Assembly: GCF_009914755.1 (NCBI RefSeq)
Contig: NC_060943.1
Reading direction: 5' to 3' (one strand)
Source of the DNA: the human T2T-CHM13v2.0 reference genome, Homo sapiens
Length of the DNA stretch: 64,000 bases
Positions 48,860-63,229 of the stretch are shown one piece after another; the stretch's first letter is position 1, and each line of letters begins with the position of its first letter. The position numbers and the translations under genes were made by a program. The notes below the pieces were generated by a model. That model was given only the letters and a program-made list of their open reading frames with translations, had not been told where the DNA came from and did no database searches.

Positions 48860-49632
48860 CTCGCCACTTCTGGGCATCCCTGTGCAACATCCAGCTGCCA
48901 TGTCTGCATTCCTTTACCTTAGAGCTTTCTCCTCCCAGACCCAAGGGAGGCCAATGTGCCAGAGAAATAACTTCTATAAGCAGCTGTCATCCAATAACTA
49001 ATGCAAACTGGTAGATAAATACCCCAGCTCCCTCACCTGTCAGGTGAAATAACTTAGGGGCTTGTATTCCCCCTTTTTATAGAACAATGTTCTAAATTTG
49101 TTTCAAGTTTTAGATTCAAGGGGTACATGTACAGATGTATTACATGGGTATACTGCATGATGATGCGGTTTGGGCTTCTAGTGATCCCATTGTCCAAGTA
49201 GTGGGCCTAGCACTCAATAGGTAGTTTTCCAGCCCTTGCCTCCCTTCCTTCCTCCCCAGTGTCTATTGTTCTGCTCTTTGTGTCCCTGTGTACCCAATGC
49301 TCACCTCCCACTTATAAGTGAGAACGTGCAGTATTTGGTTTTCTGTTTCTGCCTTAATTCTCTTAGGATAATGGCCTGCAGCTGCACCCATGTCACTGGA
49401 CAGGAAATGATTTTGTTCTTTTTCATGGCTGCAGGAGGCTTGCATTCTATGCCAGCTCTCAGAACTCCCCAGCAGGATTAAGCAGCCACTCACAGTGATT
49501 ACTGGTTTGATGACACACATTTTGCTGGCTGCTTTCTCTGCCCTTCCCTACTTCTCTACCAGCACTTCCCAGAACCACCTCCCAAATAAACCTTCTCAGA
49601 GTCTGCTCCTAGGAGGAAGCCAGCCTAAGGCA
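48860..49632 (+). mobile_element. LTR16-type ERVL LTR split by an L1 fragment
   Basis: tggtagataaataccccagctccctcacc ... cacctcccaaataaac...gtctgctcctaggaggaagccagcctaaggca. Confidence 0.7.
49070..49434 (-). mobile_element. L1PA16-type 3' end fragment with TSD
   Basis: ggggtacatgtacag..ttacatgggtatactgcatgatg...ctcccacttataagtgagaac; TSD g(g/a)ggcttg(t/c)attc. Confidence 0.88.
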
Positions 49633-50379
49633 GGAGTGATTTCTTCATTCTAAGTCTTAAAGTTTAAGCCCCAAGGAACTCAAAGCATAGAATAATGGCA
49701 ATCAGAAACAACAGTGTTTCATTCTCAGAACTAGAAAAGATTCCTTGATTTTGGAGAAAGAAAGCCAGGATGCCAGGACCTTCAGACTTTCTGACAAAGT
49801 GATGCTTGTACTCTGCCACCACTTCCCCACCCCCTGTTCTGAGCCAAGTAGGGAGAAAAGCAGAAACTGCAGAGAGTTTGGGGGTCTCTAAGAGCAGATT
49901 GACCTGGCTTGGCCTCTCTAGTGGGAGCCAGGCAGGGGCCAGGAAACTGGAAAAAACATCAAGCTGCATGGGACGTCTAGGCTGACCATGCCAGGCAACC
50001 TCATGGAGCGCTCATGAGCACAAAAACTCCAAACACACAGAGGCTCAGAAGCAGGGCGCCCTCCAACCCATGGTGGAGGGATATGTTTCCCCATCTGCCC
50101 CAGATGGCAGGGGCTTGGCACAGGGCTTCCAAACAGATGACCAGATAGGTCACACATGTCTCATATCCTGGAGAGGACACCTGTGTGCCCGCCTCACACC
50201 TCGGCTGCACTCCTGAATTTGCAGTGGTTTTGATCCTCATCAGACTGACAGTATCCTGCCTAAGTGCACACTGAGCTTTTTCCTTTTCTGCACCGCAGCT
50301 TCTCCAACACTGCCAGCAGGGGAGGAGACAGGCAGGTGGGAACTCAGCCACAGGAACACAGGAGCAGCAGAGAAGTGCT

Positions 50380-50658
50380 GGGGAGATGTCCCATCCTCTA
50401 GACAAGCTTCCACCAACGGGAAAGAGAGCAGCTGGGAACATCGACCTCACATAAACAACTCCAAGAGGCCTTCGCCATATTCCTCAGAGCATCCTGGTTG
50501 GACTGAACTCCAGCTGTCTCTAGCATGACCAACTCAATAACCCACCATGTTCTGAACCTTCCCAGTGACTCATTTCCTGGAGTCAGCTCCCAAATAAACC
50601 ACCTGCACACAAGTTCTTACCTCAGGTCTGCTTTCACGGGAAACCCAGGTCAAATACA
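50380..50658 (+). mobile_element. LTR33-like ERVL LTR remnant
   Basis: cagctcccaaataaaccacctgcacacaagttcttacctcaggtctgcttt..gggaaacccagg terminus. Confidence 0.6.
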
Positions 50659-51256
50659 TGCTCAGAAGTTACCAAATACACAAGGATGATGGGGAGGACC
50701 TGTTCCCCCACACCATAGAAGCCCCACAGAACTAGATGCAACCTCTTTGAAACTGCAAAAACCCTCATCAGCTGCAATTTCCATAACCCCTAAGAATGGG
50801 ACCTCACAAAAGAAATTAAGTTCAGCTATTAAAAAAAATAGGCAGAACTACTCTTGCATTTCTTGAACACATAGAAACATTACCTTTGACCCAAGGATGA
50901 GATAAGAAAGCAGGGTGCTCATGCTCCTCTGTCCCTGCAGGCCAGGTGGACAGGCTTCATGGAGAACTGAGGTGCTGCCGCAACTCTTTGCTCACAAGTG
51001 ACCATGACCCTGATGAGATGGGCAGCCCGAGACTCCAAGTAGACAATCAAGAGGGCCTTTAAGGACATCCTCCAGGCAGTTCTGGATAGACGAGGCTTTA
51101 GTGAAACAGGCAGGTCAAAGGGTATTGCTACTTCCACAGTGTAAAAAGCCAACCAGGTGCTCCATTTCTCTTGGCTCCTGTCCAGAGTCTAAAGCATGAG
51201 CTCATCTCAGAAGCCCACGTTCCACATGCAAGGGGTCAGGGGTGCCTGGGTTCTGT

Positions 51257-51436
51257 TCCTGAGTAGCTGGGACCACAGGCACTTTCCACCATGCCAGGGT
51301 AATTATTCTATTTTTTTGTAGAGATGAAGTTTCCCTATGTTGCCCAGGCTGGTCTGAACTACTGGTCTCAGGGAATCCTCTTGCCTCAGCCTCTCAAAGT
51401 GCTGGGATTATAGGCATTAACCACAGCACCCGTCCT
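51257..51436 (-). mobile_element. Truncated AluJ (left arm plus start of the right arm)
   Basis: gagtagctgggaccacagg...tatgttgcccaggctggtct...caaagtgctgggattatagg. Confidence 0.88.
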
Positions 51437-52788
51437 GAGCCTGCATCCTTGAAGACATTGTTAAGCCACTGACTTAATTCTGTCATTTTCTTATATCTGA
51501 CTGTCTTGTTATAGGATAATCGGCCCTGTTTTTAAAGATTTTTATTGAGATTTCACTTTTATCTGTGATCAGTAAGTGAAAATGGTGTTTTAAGTAAATA
51601 GAGCTTTTGCAACTACTAGAGTTTTCATAAACTAAGTATTAAGAACAACTGTATGCCATTTCAATCTTTAAGAATGAAATATACCATAAAAATTCAGTAA
51701 TCTGGCCTCTTCTAGCCTGGGAGGATGCTAGGTTACTGGGTTTTCCAGGTCAGTGAAAGATACTGTCTTGATTCTCCCAAACACCCTAATTTCACAGTTA
51801 TAAATTTAAAGAAAAAACAAAATCTGTAATATACTTGAACAGAAATTCCCAGTTTTCATGGAAAGTTTTCTGTGTAACATTTATTATAACTACATAATTC
51901 TATTTATTTTGAAGCCCTAAAAGTTTAATTATTTTTTAATATAAAAATTATTTTAATATAAAAGACATTCAATTGCTAAAAAATGTTACTTTAAAACAAC
52001 TTTCAAGCCTGTGGCTAAACCAATCATTTGAAGTGCTCTTCCTGGCACATCCTAGCAAAAGCCAGGATCACGATGTTGATTATGACAAGACTTTGACCCA
52101 AGTTGTCACAGGAGTAGCTGAGGATGAAGCAGTAGATGAGGTCACTGGGCTTTGACTCTGCCATGACAATCTGGGTGGCTTTAACCTCTCTGAGCTGACT
52201 GTGCATTTGCAAAATGGTCTCATTAGCACCACCTCTTACAGCTACAGGAGAGAGAGAGAGCACGCATGGAAGATGCAAAGTGGTCAGTAGTTTCATGGCA
52301 CACAGTGAGGGCACAGCCCATGGTGAATGCAATTGATTTTTAACCATCTCTCCATCCATCCCCTGTGGGGCCTTCCTTTGCACCTCCAGTAACCATTGCT
52401 TCCTCCTTTCTCAAGTACACAGCACTCTTTGCAAATCACATACCTAATTACGTCTAACATCTTCCTGATGGTCTCTATCCATTTCCTGTGTTTCAATTTC
52501 ATCTCCAATAACACTAGAATCTCCCAGGGCAAGGCCCATTGCACACCCCGCCTCCAACATCCTCCACAGCACCTCAGTCAGTGCCAGGTGTGCAAAGTCT
52601 GCCTGGATAAATTCTCCCCTGACTCCTTCCCCGGTGGGCGGGGGGATGTGGGAGAGGTGTCATGGGAAGACATTTCTGTCTCCTGAATAACAGTTACTGG
52701 GTCTATGTGAATTCTTCTTGGGATAGTTTCCAATGTACACTGCAGGAAACTACAGAATGAATAGTATCTTTAAAAAAATTCTTTCTTC

Positions 52789-53175
52789 ATGTGGTACATA
52801 TACACCATAGAATATTATGCAGCCATAAAAAGAATGAAACCATGCCCTTTGCAGCAACATGGATGAAGCTGGAGGCCATTATCCTAAGCAAACTAACACA
52901 GGGAAAGAAAACCAAATGCCACTTGTTCTCACTTATAAGTGGGAGCTAAACATTGTGTACCCATGGGCATAAAGATGAAAATAGTAAACACTAGGGACTC
53001 CAAAAGGCGGGAGGAAGGGAGGGAGTTGAGGGTTGAAAGATTATCTATTGGATACAAAGCTCAATATTTGGGTGATGGATACAATAGAAGCCCAATCCCC
53101 ACCAATATGCAATATGCCCATGTAACAAACATGCACAGGCACATGTACCTCCTGAATCTAAAATTAAACATAAAA
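52789..53175 (+). mobile_element. L1PB4/L1PA16-17-type 3' end fragment
   Basis: atgtggtacatatacaccat...gttctcacttataagtgggagctaaac...atgtaacaaacatgcac..cctgaatctaaaat. Confidence 0.9.
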
Positions 53176-54340
53176 TGCATTCTTACAGTTCAACAACAAA
53201 GAAGGTGCCCTTTTCTGCCTTCTCACCATGTCTCATAGTTCCAGCTGTGTGGCTGCATCTGTGGAGGGAAGGTCCCTGAGGCTTCCTGAAGACCCTTGAG
53301 CCCTGGCTATAACAGAGACTGTGGCTGAAATGTTAACAGTGCTACCTGTCAGGCTCCAATGCCAGGCTGCTGGGGGTGGCAATTGGCCTCTTCAAAGCTC
53401 AGGACTCAAAAAGAAAGGTAGAAGGATGCTCTCACCTGCTGTGGAGGACATCTGCTTGTTTTGGTCATTCAGCCTGATTAGGGCACTTTGATTTTCTTTT
53501 TGGGATCCACATCTCCCCTTCTCACCCATGTGGTGGGGTCTTCTCTCCTTACATGTCCAGAAAGCCCAGAAATACATACATTACCCAATACAAGCCAGCT
53601 GAACTCAATGCCAGGGCTTTAGTATAGAGAAACATTCCTTATTCTGTGACCTGGAGCTTGCAGAGGTCACCACATGGACAGAGGCAGCCTGTGAATAAAG
53701 CCAGAATGCAGGAAGCACAGGAGAGAGAAAGAACCAAAGTAGCATCAGACTTCCTGGAGTTTTTAGTTAAGTTGGCAATCAGATTCTCTTTCATGCTTTA
53801 TTTTTCTTTTCAATTTCAACTTTTGTTTCAGATACAGGGGGTACATGTGCAGGGAATATTGCATGATGCTGAGGTTTGGGTATGGATCCCATCACGCGGG
53901 TAGTGAACATAGTACCCAATAGGTAGCCTTTCAACCCATATTCTCCTCCCTTCCTTCCCCCCAAGTGGTCCCCAGTGTCCATTGTTGCCATGTTTATGTC
54001 CAAACGTGTTCAATGTTTAGCTCCCACTTACAAGTGAAAACATGCAGTGTTTGGGTTTTCTGTTTCTCTGTTATTTTGCTTAGGATTATGGCCTCTAGCT
54101 GAATCCATGTTGCTGCAAAGGGCATGATTTTATTCTTTTTTATGGCTGTATAGTATTCCATGGTATATATATATATACCACATTTTCTTTACCCAGTCTA
54201 CCATTGATGGGCCCTTGGGTGGATTCCTTGTCTTTGCTATTGTGAATAGTGCAGCAGTGAACCCACCAAGGCATGTGTCTTTTTGGTAGAATGATTTATT
54301 TTCCTTTGGATATATACCCAGCAATGGGATTGCTGGGTAA

Positions 54341-54778
<438 letters not shown>

Positions 54779-55640
54779 AGTTTTTTGACTTTTAGTAATA
54801 GCCATACTGACTAGTGTGAGATGGTAACAAACTGTGGTTTTGATTTGCATTTCTCTGATTACTAGTGATGCCAACTCTTTTTTCATACATTTGTTGTCTG
54901 CCTTCATGTCTTCTTTTGAGGAGCATCTGTTCATGTCCTTTGCCCATTTCTTAAGGGGTTTATTTGTTACATGCTTATTGGTTTCATTTCCATATAGATT
55001 CTGGATAGGGGTGCCTTGTTTGCAAGTATCTCCTCCCACTCTGTAAGTTGTCTGTTTACATTATTGATAGTTTCTTTTGCTGTGCAGAAGCTTTTTAGTT
55101 TCATTAGGTCCAAGTTGTCAATTCTTGTTTTTGTTGCAATTGCTTTTGGGGACTTAGCCAAAAAAATTTTGCCAAGGCCTATGTCAGGAAGAGTAATTTC
55201 TAGGTTTTCTGTTAGGATTTTCATAATTGTAGGTCTTGAATTTAAATGTTTGATCTATTTTGAGTTAACTTTTTATATGGTGAAAGGTAGGAGTCCAGCT
55301 TCAATCTTCTGCATATGGCTAGTCAGTTATCTTAGCACCATTTATTGAATGAGGAGTCCTTTCCCCCATTGCTTGTTTTTGTTGGCCTTGCCAAAAATCA
55401 GATGGTTGTAGGTGTGCAGCTTAATTTCCGAGTTTTCTTTTTCGTTCCATTATTTTATGTGTCTGTTTTTATACCAGTGCCACGCTGTTTTGGTTACTGT
55501 AGCTTTATAGTAGAATTGAAAGTCAGGTAGTGCAATGCCTCTGGGTTTATTCTTTTTGCTTAGGATTGTTTATGTTATTTGGGCTTCTTTTTGCTTCCAT
55601 ATTAATTTTATAATAGTTTCTCTAATTCTGTGAAGAATAA

Positions 55641-56015
55641 TGATATAGTTTGAATTTTAATCCCCCATGTTGAAGGTAGGGCCTGGTGGGAGATGTTTGG
55701 GTCATGGGGGCAGATCTCTCATGGCTTGGTGCTGTACTCAGATAGCGAGTGAGTTCTCATGAAATCTGGTTGCTATAAAGTGTGGCATCTCCTCTCCCAC
55801 TCTCTCTCTTGCTCCTGCTTTCACCATTTGTCACACAAGCTCCCACTTTACATTCTGCCATGACCAAAAGCTCCCTGAGGCCTCCCCAGAAGCCAAGCAG
55901 ATGCCAGTGCCACAGTTTTATAGCCTGCAGATCCATGAGCCAATTAAACCTCCTTTCTTTACAAATTATCCAGTCTCAGGTATTCTTTATAGTGATGCAA
56001 GAATAGCCTAATACA
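55641..56015 (+). mobile_element. MSTA-type solo LTR (MaLR) inside L1
   Basis: tgatatagtttg...ctccctgaggcctccccagaagccaagcagatgc...gagccaattaaacctc...ctaataca; TSD AATAA/AATGA. Confidence 0.9.
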
Positions 56016-57589
56016 AATGACACTGGTAGTTTGATAGAAATAGCATTGAATCTGCAAATTGGGCAGTGTGACCATTTTTATGATATTGATTCTTCCAGTC
56101 CATTAGCATAGCATGTTTTTCCATTTATTTGTGTCATCCCTGATTTCTTTCAGCAGTGTTTTGTGGTTCTCCTTGAAGATATCTTTCACCTCCTTGGTTA
56201 GCTGTATTCTTAGGTATTTCATTTTCTTTGTGGCTATTGTAGGTGGGATTGTGTTCTGGACTTGACTCAGTCTGGACGTTGTTGTTGTATTGAAATGCTA
56301 CTGATTTTCAAAACTTTATTTTGTATTTTGAACTTTGCTAAATTGTTTATCAGCTCTAGGAGTCTTTAGGATTTTCTGGGTGTAGAACCATATTGTCAGT
56401 GAAGAGAGATAGTTTGAATTTTTCTTTTTCTTTTTTGGATGTCTTTTATTTATTTTTCTTAACTGATTGCTCTGGCTAGGACTTCCAGTACTATGTTGAT
56501 AGGAGTGGTGAGAGTGGACATCCTTTTCTTGTTCCAGTTCTCAAAGGGAATAGTTTCAGCTTTTGACCATTCAGTATGATACTGGCTGTGGGTTTGTCAT
56601 AGATGGCTCTTATTATTGCTAGATATGTTCCTTCGATACTTGTCTGTTGAGGGTTTTTACCATGAAGAGTTGTTGGATTAAATGTTTTTATAGACAGTTT
56701 TAAATGTATTATACACTATTGGAAAGGGCTTCCTGACACTTGCTGCTTAAAGCATCTGAGTAACAGACTTCCAAACAAATTGAATAGAGACTTCAGCTAA
56801 TACCAACTCATTACAAAATTATCCTTTTTTTGTTTTTATAGTAATCTTCTATACATCATCTCATTTCACCCTTGAAGCAGTAAGTCAGGAACTTGAGCCC
56901 TTATTTTACAGATGGGGAACCTGGGGCCAAGAAAGTGCTATGAGTTGTGCAGGATCCCTTGGTGTAGGTCAAAAAACCAGCTCCACTGCAGAGCTGCCTG
57001 TACCAGGCTATGTTCACCTTTGTAACTTCTACAAAACATCACCTTCAAGCTTTATAAGGTCAGGATAAATTTATTTCCTATCAGTAACACTACTTAAAGC
57101 ACTGCTTTTGTATTATGGCTACTGTGTCAGTAAAGCACAGGTGAAATCTTTTTGCAAACCAGCTCCCTTCCCCAACATACTGTTCTCATAACTGTATATG
57201 CTCTGCAATGCTTAATTCACTGATTTCATGAACTCGCTGGAAGAATAAGAGGATTAGTAAGAGATTAGTTTAGATAACTTGAATCTCTGTAGAAAAAAAA
57301 AATCACAGTCATTCTTTAAGCTCCTGAAGATTCAGCATTTGGGGAGGGAGAGAAAAGCCGAATATCTGACCAACACTATGTTTCACTAACATTCTTGGCT
57401 TTAAATCTGCAAAACAAAAGGTTTTACAAATGTTAGGCTAATTGTTAAATGTGTTTTGAACTTTCCAGTTCAAAAGCAGTCTTCAGATAATCATTTTTCC
57501 TAGGTTTTGGAAGCTCTGCATGCTTCAAAAACTCTAGAAGTTTAATCAATAATGTGGATGTCAATGTTAATTACCCTCACACACACTAG

Positions 57590-57960
57590 ACTAGTCAGGA
57601 TAGGCTAGGTTTTGCTGTAATAACAAACAACCCTAATATCTCAGGGCTCACCACAGCAAAGCTTTAGTTTTTGATTACTCTCCAGGATGGTTTGGTTATG
57701 CCAGGATCTCTGCTAATACTGACCACTCTTAAACCCATGCTGACTGGAAGTGAGTTTTGAGATGTGCCTCTACAGTTGCTCCAGGAGGAGAAAGAACAAA
57801 GTGAATCAAGCACGAGTTCTTAAAACTTCCCCCCGGAAATGACACACATCATCTCCACAGGCGCATCATTGGCTAGCAAATCACATGGCCAAGTCCAACT
57901 CCAAAAGGGCAGGGAAGTTAACCTGCCATGTGCCTGGAAAGGGGAAAAGACAGCATACAG
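57590..57960 (-). mobile_element. Old MLT1 (J/K/L-type) MaLR LTR
   Basis: tagtcaggataggctaggttttgctgtaataacaaacaaccc ... cattggctagcaaatcacatggcc. Confidence 0.65.
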
Positions 57961-58519
57961 AGCTTAACACGTGTGATCCTCACAACTCTACAAGACAGGA
58001 GAGCCAGAGGTGATTATTTCTATATTAAATGGGGACACCAACAACAGAAAGACCCCCATGTTATAGGTAGAGAACTTGGGTGTCCTGGCTCTGTGCCAAG
58101 TTTTCTTTTCACCATATCATCAGAATCTGGAGTTCCCAGATACCAACTGCTTGAGAGCAAGCTAGCAAAGAGACACGAAAGTCAGTTTAAAATATATCCT
58201 GGAAAGTTTGAGTTGTGATAACTGATGGAATATCAAAGTTGGATAAGATGATGGAAGTGCTGCCTGGAAACCACTTGGACTAGGTGATATCTAAGTATTT
58301 CAAGGAGACACAATAAGAATGGAGATTTTGCAGAAAAAAAAAAAAGAATGGAGATTTTGAAAGAGAAAAGGAGGTGACCGGGGCCTCCAGTCCCCTTGCC
58401 AATCAACTCAGAGGTGTTTTGCATTCACAGTTTTCTATACTGGGTTTCAGCACAACATTCATTTGAAGAAAATTTCCTTCAATTTAATTATATTAAAAAT
58501 GAAAACCACTGACTGCAGT

Positions 58520-58680
58520 CCAAGCACTTTGTTTTGCAGATGGAGAGAGTGAGGCTTAAAGAAAGGAGATAACTTCCGCACGAGGACAGAGTGGCAGGGC
58601 TGGAGCCAGTCATCAAATAGACGGGGTCTGGACTGAGAGTTGGAAGCCCAAGGACCTGGTTTCAACACTCTGCTGTGCTG
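58520..58680 (-). mobile_element. MIR fragment
   Basis: gttttgcagatggagagagtgaggcttaaagaaaggagataactt. Confidence 0.6.
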
Positions 58681-58974
58681 CCACAGGCAAGCCACTCCAC
58701 GTCTCTGAACCTGTGTCCTTTTCTGTCCAGTGAGCACAGAATGTCTGTCCTGTCAAATGCGGCTAGAAAGCAGACATAGAAAGATAATTTTACATTGAGA
58801 AGACTTCAAATGAGAATACCAACAAATATTTGTTTCTCACTATTAAATTAGTAACTTAAACATCTCATTTCTGATTTCTAGCCAGCACGTGGAGAATTGG
58901 TTCATGTGAAGCAGCATGTGTGCTGCTTACTCAGCCTCTTTGAAGAACAATTTAAAAATAAAAATTAAAAGCCA

Positions 58975-59273
58975 GCTGGGCGCGGTGGCTCACGCCTGTA
59001 ATCCCATCACTTTGGGAGGCCGAGGCGGGCAGATCGTGAGTTCAGAAGATCGAGACCATCCTGGCTAACATGGTGAAAACCCGTCTCTACTAAAAATACA
59101 AAAAAAAAAAAAAATAGCGGGGCATGGTGGTGGGCGCCTGTAGTCTCAGCTACTCAGGAGGCTGAGGCAGGAGAATGGCGTGAACCCGGGAGGCAGAGCT
59201 TACAGTGAGCCCAGATTGTGCCACTGCACTCCAGCCTGGGCGACAGAGTGAGATTCCATCTCCAAAAAAAAAA
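58975..59273 (+). mobile_element. AluY with an expanded mid A-linker
   Basis: gatcgagaccatcctggctaaca and gagaatggcgtgaacccgggaggcagagctt are Y diagnostics; many CpGs retained; TSD aaaat(t/c)aaaagcca. Confidence 0.93.
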
Positions 59274-59594
59274 AAAATCAAAAGCCACTAGAAATGTTCA
59301 TAGCTTTTGATCTAATAATTACAGTTCCAGGAATTCAGTCTTTGGGGGAAATCTTAAACACCAGAACCTATGTATACTAAAATGTCCCTCTTAATATTAT
59401 TTAGAATGACAAATATTGAAAAATGAATGAAATGTGGAGTAAAATGTGATAAATCCATTGAAAGTTAGACTATGGAGAATATAGGAAAACATAGGCAAAT
59501 GCTTAGGATACAATCAATATTAAGTGAAGAAACCAAGGTTCAAATTGATTGTAGCTATATAATAAGAAAGGGATACACATTTAAAAGACAACAC

Positions 59595-59722
59595 AGACTA
59601 GGTGTGGTGACTCATGCCTGTAATTTTAGCACTTTTGGAAGCCGAGGCAGGAGGATCCCTTGAGTTTGAGACCAGCCTGGGCAACATGGTGAGATCTTGT
59701 CTCTATAATAAATAAAAATGAA
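59595..59722 (+). mobile_element. Alu left monomer (FLAM/AluJ)
   Basis: ggtgtggtgactcatgcctgtaat...gagaccagcctgggcaacatggtgaga; flanks aaaagacaaca/aaaagactaca. Confidence 0.85.
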
Positions 59723-60784
59723 AAAGACTACATGGATATAATGGGTTATTGTTTTATTTTCTCCTTTTCTCTATTTTATAAACTTTCTGGTATGCAAATA
59801 TATTGATTTTATTTTAAAAAATAAGTACAATAAAAATATTTCCAATATCTGCCCTGCTGTGAGGGTTACCAGCAGAAACAAATTGTACAACTGGTGTGAA
59901 AGTATTTTGTCCTCATTAAAGGTAGTCTGTGGTTAAGTGATCACTATGATCAGTGTTAAATTATGTTTGGTTCCAACCCACTCACTTTCAGTTGAACACT
60001 GCTATTCTATTCCTTATTTTTCTGGAATTGAACTAAGAGAACAAGAGGGCAGATTCTCACCCAATTTCATATTTAATTAAGCTTTTAGGACACATTTCTC
60101 TCTTGTAGGTTTGATCAACTGAAATATACTAGAAGCTTATCCTTCTGTAGAACGAAATACAGGAGATAATTCTTTATGGTTACAATGTCTTTGAGTAAAC
60201 GGACTTGAGTGAGAAACATAGGCATTCACAGCTCTGTGAAGAAGCACCTCCAAGAACTTTCCCCATCAGGGCCAGTGTATTCATCCGCACTCAGCAGTTG
60301 CTTCCTGAAATTTGAAATGAGTCAAGATGCTCAGAATGGCCTCCATAGTGTGGGGCAAACAGAAGGAGTTTAGCAGCAAGCTTGTTACAGCTCACTGGCT
60401 CCCAGAGCACGGCTGCCCATCCTTCCCCGGAGCCGCCTCACTCCAGACATGGGCTCTGCTTTTCCTCCCTGACCCGCCAATCACTCTTCCTTTTGCTTGC
60501 AAGCAGCTGAACAGCTTTATTTGTGTTTCTCATCACAGTTTTATTTTCACTTCAATAATTCTGTTCAAAAATTATCCAAATACTTGGTTTTTGCCATATG
60601 AATAGGCGAGCCCAGAAAAGAGGAAAGGCATAAACAAGTGTCCGCTTGTCATTTACACCAAGGTACAGTTCACACTGTTTCAAATACTTTACCCAAACAC
60701 AGTCTAAGAGATTGAAGCACTGATTTTCACACACCTACTTAAAATTTTTAGGAAAATGGAGCAGATAGCACACAAACCAGTAAG

Positions 60785-61180
60785 TCAGCTAACTAGTCCA
60801 CAAATATGCACCAACCTACATGCCCGGTGCTGTGCCACAGGCTGTGTGACAATGCATGCTCTTCACCTGCTGACAGTTTGTAGTTCAGCAAAAAAATGAA
60901 AAAGTCCATATAAGATAAAAAATAATAATACAGTAGCACTGGCATCCAAGGACAAGTCAAAGTGTCAGAAAAGATGGGGCTGGAAGGATGGTGGAAGGCT
61001 TTCTGAAAGAGGTGGGAATGGAGGGGTGTGGGCAGATGGGAAGAGTTTGGCTGAACAGAGAGGATGGGGAACGGATAAAATGTAAGGACACCCTGCAGAA
61101 ACAGAGGTGGGTGTAAGCACAGGAAGTGGAAGGAGCTGCTGGGGATAGTATGCAAGTTAAATGAAGAAGCTCAGGAGAGT
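60785..61180 (-). mobile_element. L2 fragment
   Basis: caaatatgcaccaacctacatgcccggtgctgtgc...ggaaggctttctgaaagaggtgg. Confidence 0.55.
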
Positions 61181-62059
61181 GGAACGGGGCCTAAATACCC
61201 TTGGGAATCTCTTTTTCAGATGAAATCCCTGACCTCAGCTTATGTTTGATGCTAGGAGCTGATTCGTCATACCAAGAAGCAGTGGGAGGATAGAGGCACT
61301 CCAGCCTTAAAAGCCAAGAGACAAGGAGCACCCAGGACGAAGAGAAGCGTGACTACCAAAACGCTTGCTGGTGCAATGAGAATCTGTGTCCTTCACCAGA
61401 GCTGTCTCGAATTATCTTGAAATTGCATCCATCATCCAGGCCATCTTCCTGCAGGCAAAGGGGATAGAAGCTTTCTGTAGCCCTCACCCTCTCCAGCCTC
61501 CCAGACTCCTGTCTTCCTCAGGGGGAATTAAGCTCGCCAGACACAGCAGAACTAGGGAGACTTCAGAGAAGTGAGGTCTCTCAACCAAAGAAAGCCCTCT
61601 GAAAAATGCCTCTTACTCTGACTTAAATGAAGAGCGAGTCGCATAAAACCAAAGCTGAAATCAGGGATTTCATCTCTGAAAGAAGTGCTCAGGACTATTT
61701 TGACCCACATTTCTATTAAGCCCAGTCTCCTTTTTGTTTAAATTTACACAGCAAAACAAATCCATTAATTTTGCTAGTGATGACCAACAGATCCTCAAAA
61801 CAGAAAGTGTTTACTGCAGAAGTTTTAGAGAGAATTTGTATAACATGTTTAAAACAGTAGGGATTAAATCTAAGTTATCTAGAACTCCAGACATTTGGAA
61901 AGCTCATTCCTACGTCTGACTCAGGGTTAAAGTGTGGTTCCTTCATGCCAAGCTCGGTGTCTGCTACAAATAGTAAGTCCCATGAGCTATGAAAGCTTGG
62001 GGGTGAGAAATGCGGGTGATGGCAATAGGAAATATCTTGGATCCTATTGTTCTTTCTGG

Positions 62060-62550
62060 CTACATAGGTCAGAGTCCCAGCAGGAAATCATTTATCCCAA
62101 ATTTTCCTAATAAATAAATCACTACTTACAGAGATGTGGAGACAGTGGAGAGAACAAATAAGGAACATTGAGGTACCCAGAGACTAGAAACAGCTGGGAG
62201 CTGTTGCCAGCCCAAGGACTTCAGAGGCCAAGGGGAGGAATTGGTGTTACCTGAGGGCAAGGGACATAGAAGAGGGACTGCCCAGAAGATGCTGTAGATG
62301 TGGGGGGCACAGCTGCTGCCAAAGATATGCACTGGTCAAGGAGGAGGCTGGGTAATTATACTGGTCCTTTCTCTCTCACACCCTTTGATTCTTTGCTAGT
62401 AGCTTCCACTGGTCAAATCTAACTAGAAGCCAGAAAGAAGGGGACTCTCAGGTAATAATGTCCACGAGAGTCAGCCTCCAGGGCACAGAACAGGCAGAGA
62501 CTGGAGAAGGATAGGTGTGCGGGTGCTAAGAGAATAAGCACATCACTGTT
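62060..62550. mobile_element. Old MaLR/ERVL LTR remnant
   Basis: agtcccagcaggaaa...cactggtcaaatctaactagaagccag...gtcagcctccagggcacaga resembles old MLT1-type LTRs. Confidence 0.45.
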
Positions 62551-63229
62551 AGGAAAGCTATTTTTAACTCAGATTCTACAAAGATTAGTATTCTTATTGC
62601 CAAGGAGTCAGCAGAATTTTGCTCAGCAGAACTTTGCTCAGAAGCAGGACACAGAAGACAAGACTCAGACTCCAGCATTCTCTCAAAGAGACGAGCGTGC
62701 ACACATGCACATGGGTCTGCACACACAGTTTCAAGATGGATTTTCATAATGAAAGCAGAAGGAATATAAAAGTTAGCATTCTAAATATGGAAGACCTTAG
62801 CATTCTTTTTTCACCCCACCCCAGAAAATTGGCCACTACAATAATACCCTCAGTCAGAAGATCCAAACAGCTTTTCTGGGAAATCCAACCATCCAAAGAG
62901 AAAGACCTTAAGATATAGACATAGAGATGCCCAACCAAAATGACCCAGCCTTTAATGGAAGCCACTGCTGTTCACTAAAGTCTAAGCGCAGAAAGTATAC
63001 CTACACATAGGTTTAGAGCTCTCTATCACCATTTTGGTCCCCCAACTATTAAACATAAACAGACAGCCAAAGCTCACCAGACTTTTGAGAGAATACTTCT
63101 AATATTCATGAAAAAGACCAAAACAGAAAAAGGCAACTGAGATAAAATAGTACGAAAGGAGAGGAAACTTCCAAAAAACTATAATTAAACACAAACAGAT
63201 CAAGAGGAGAGAAACCCTTAGAGAGCAAA

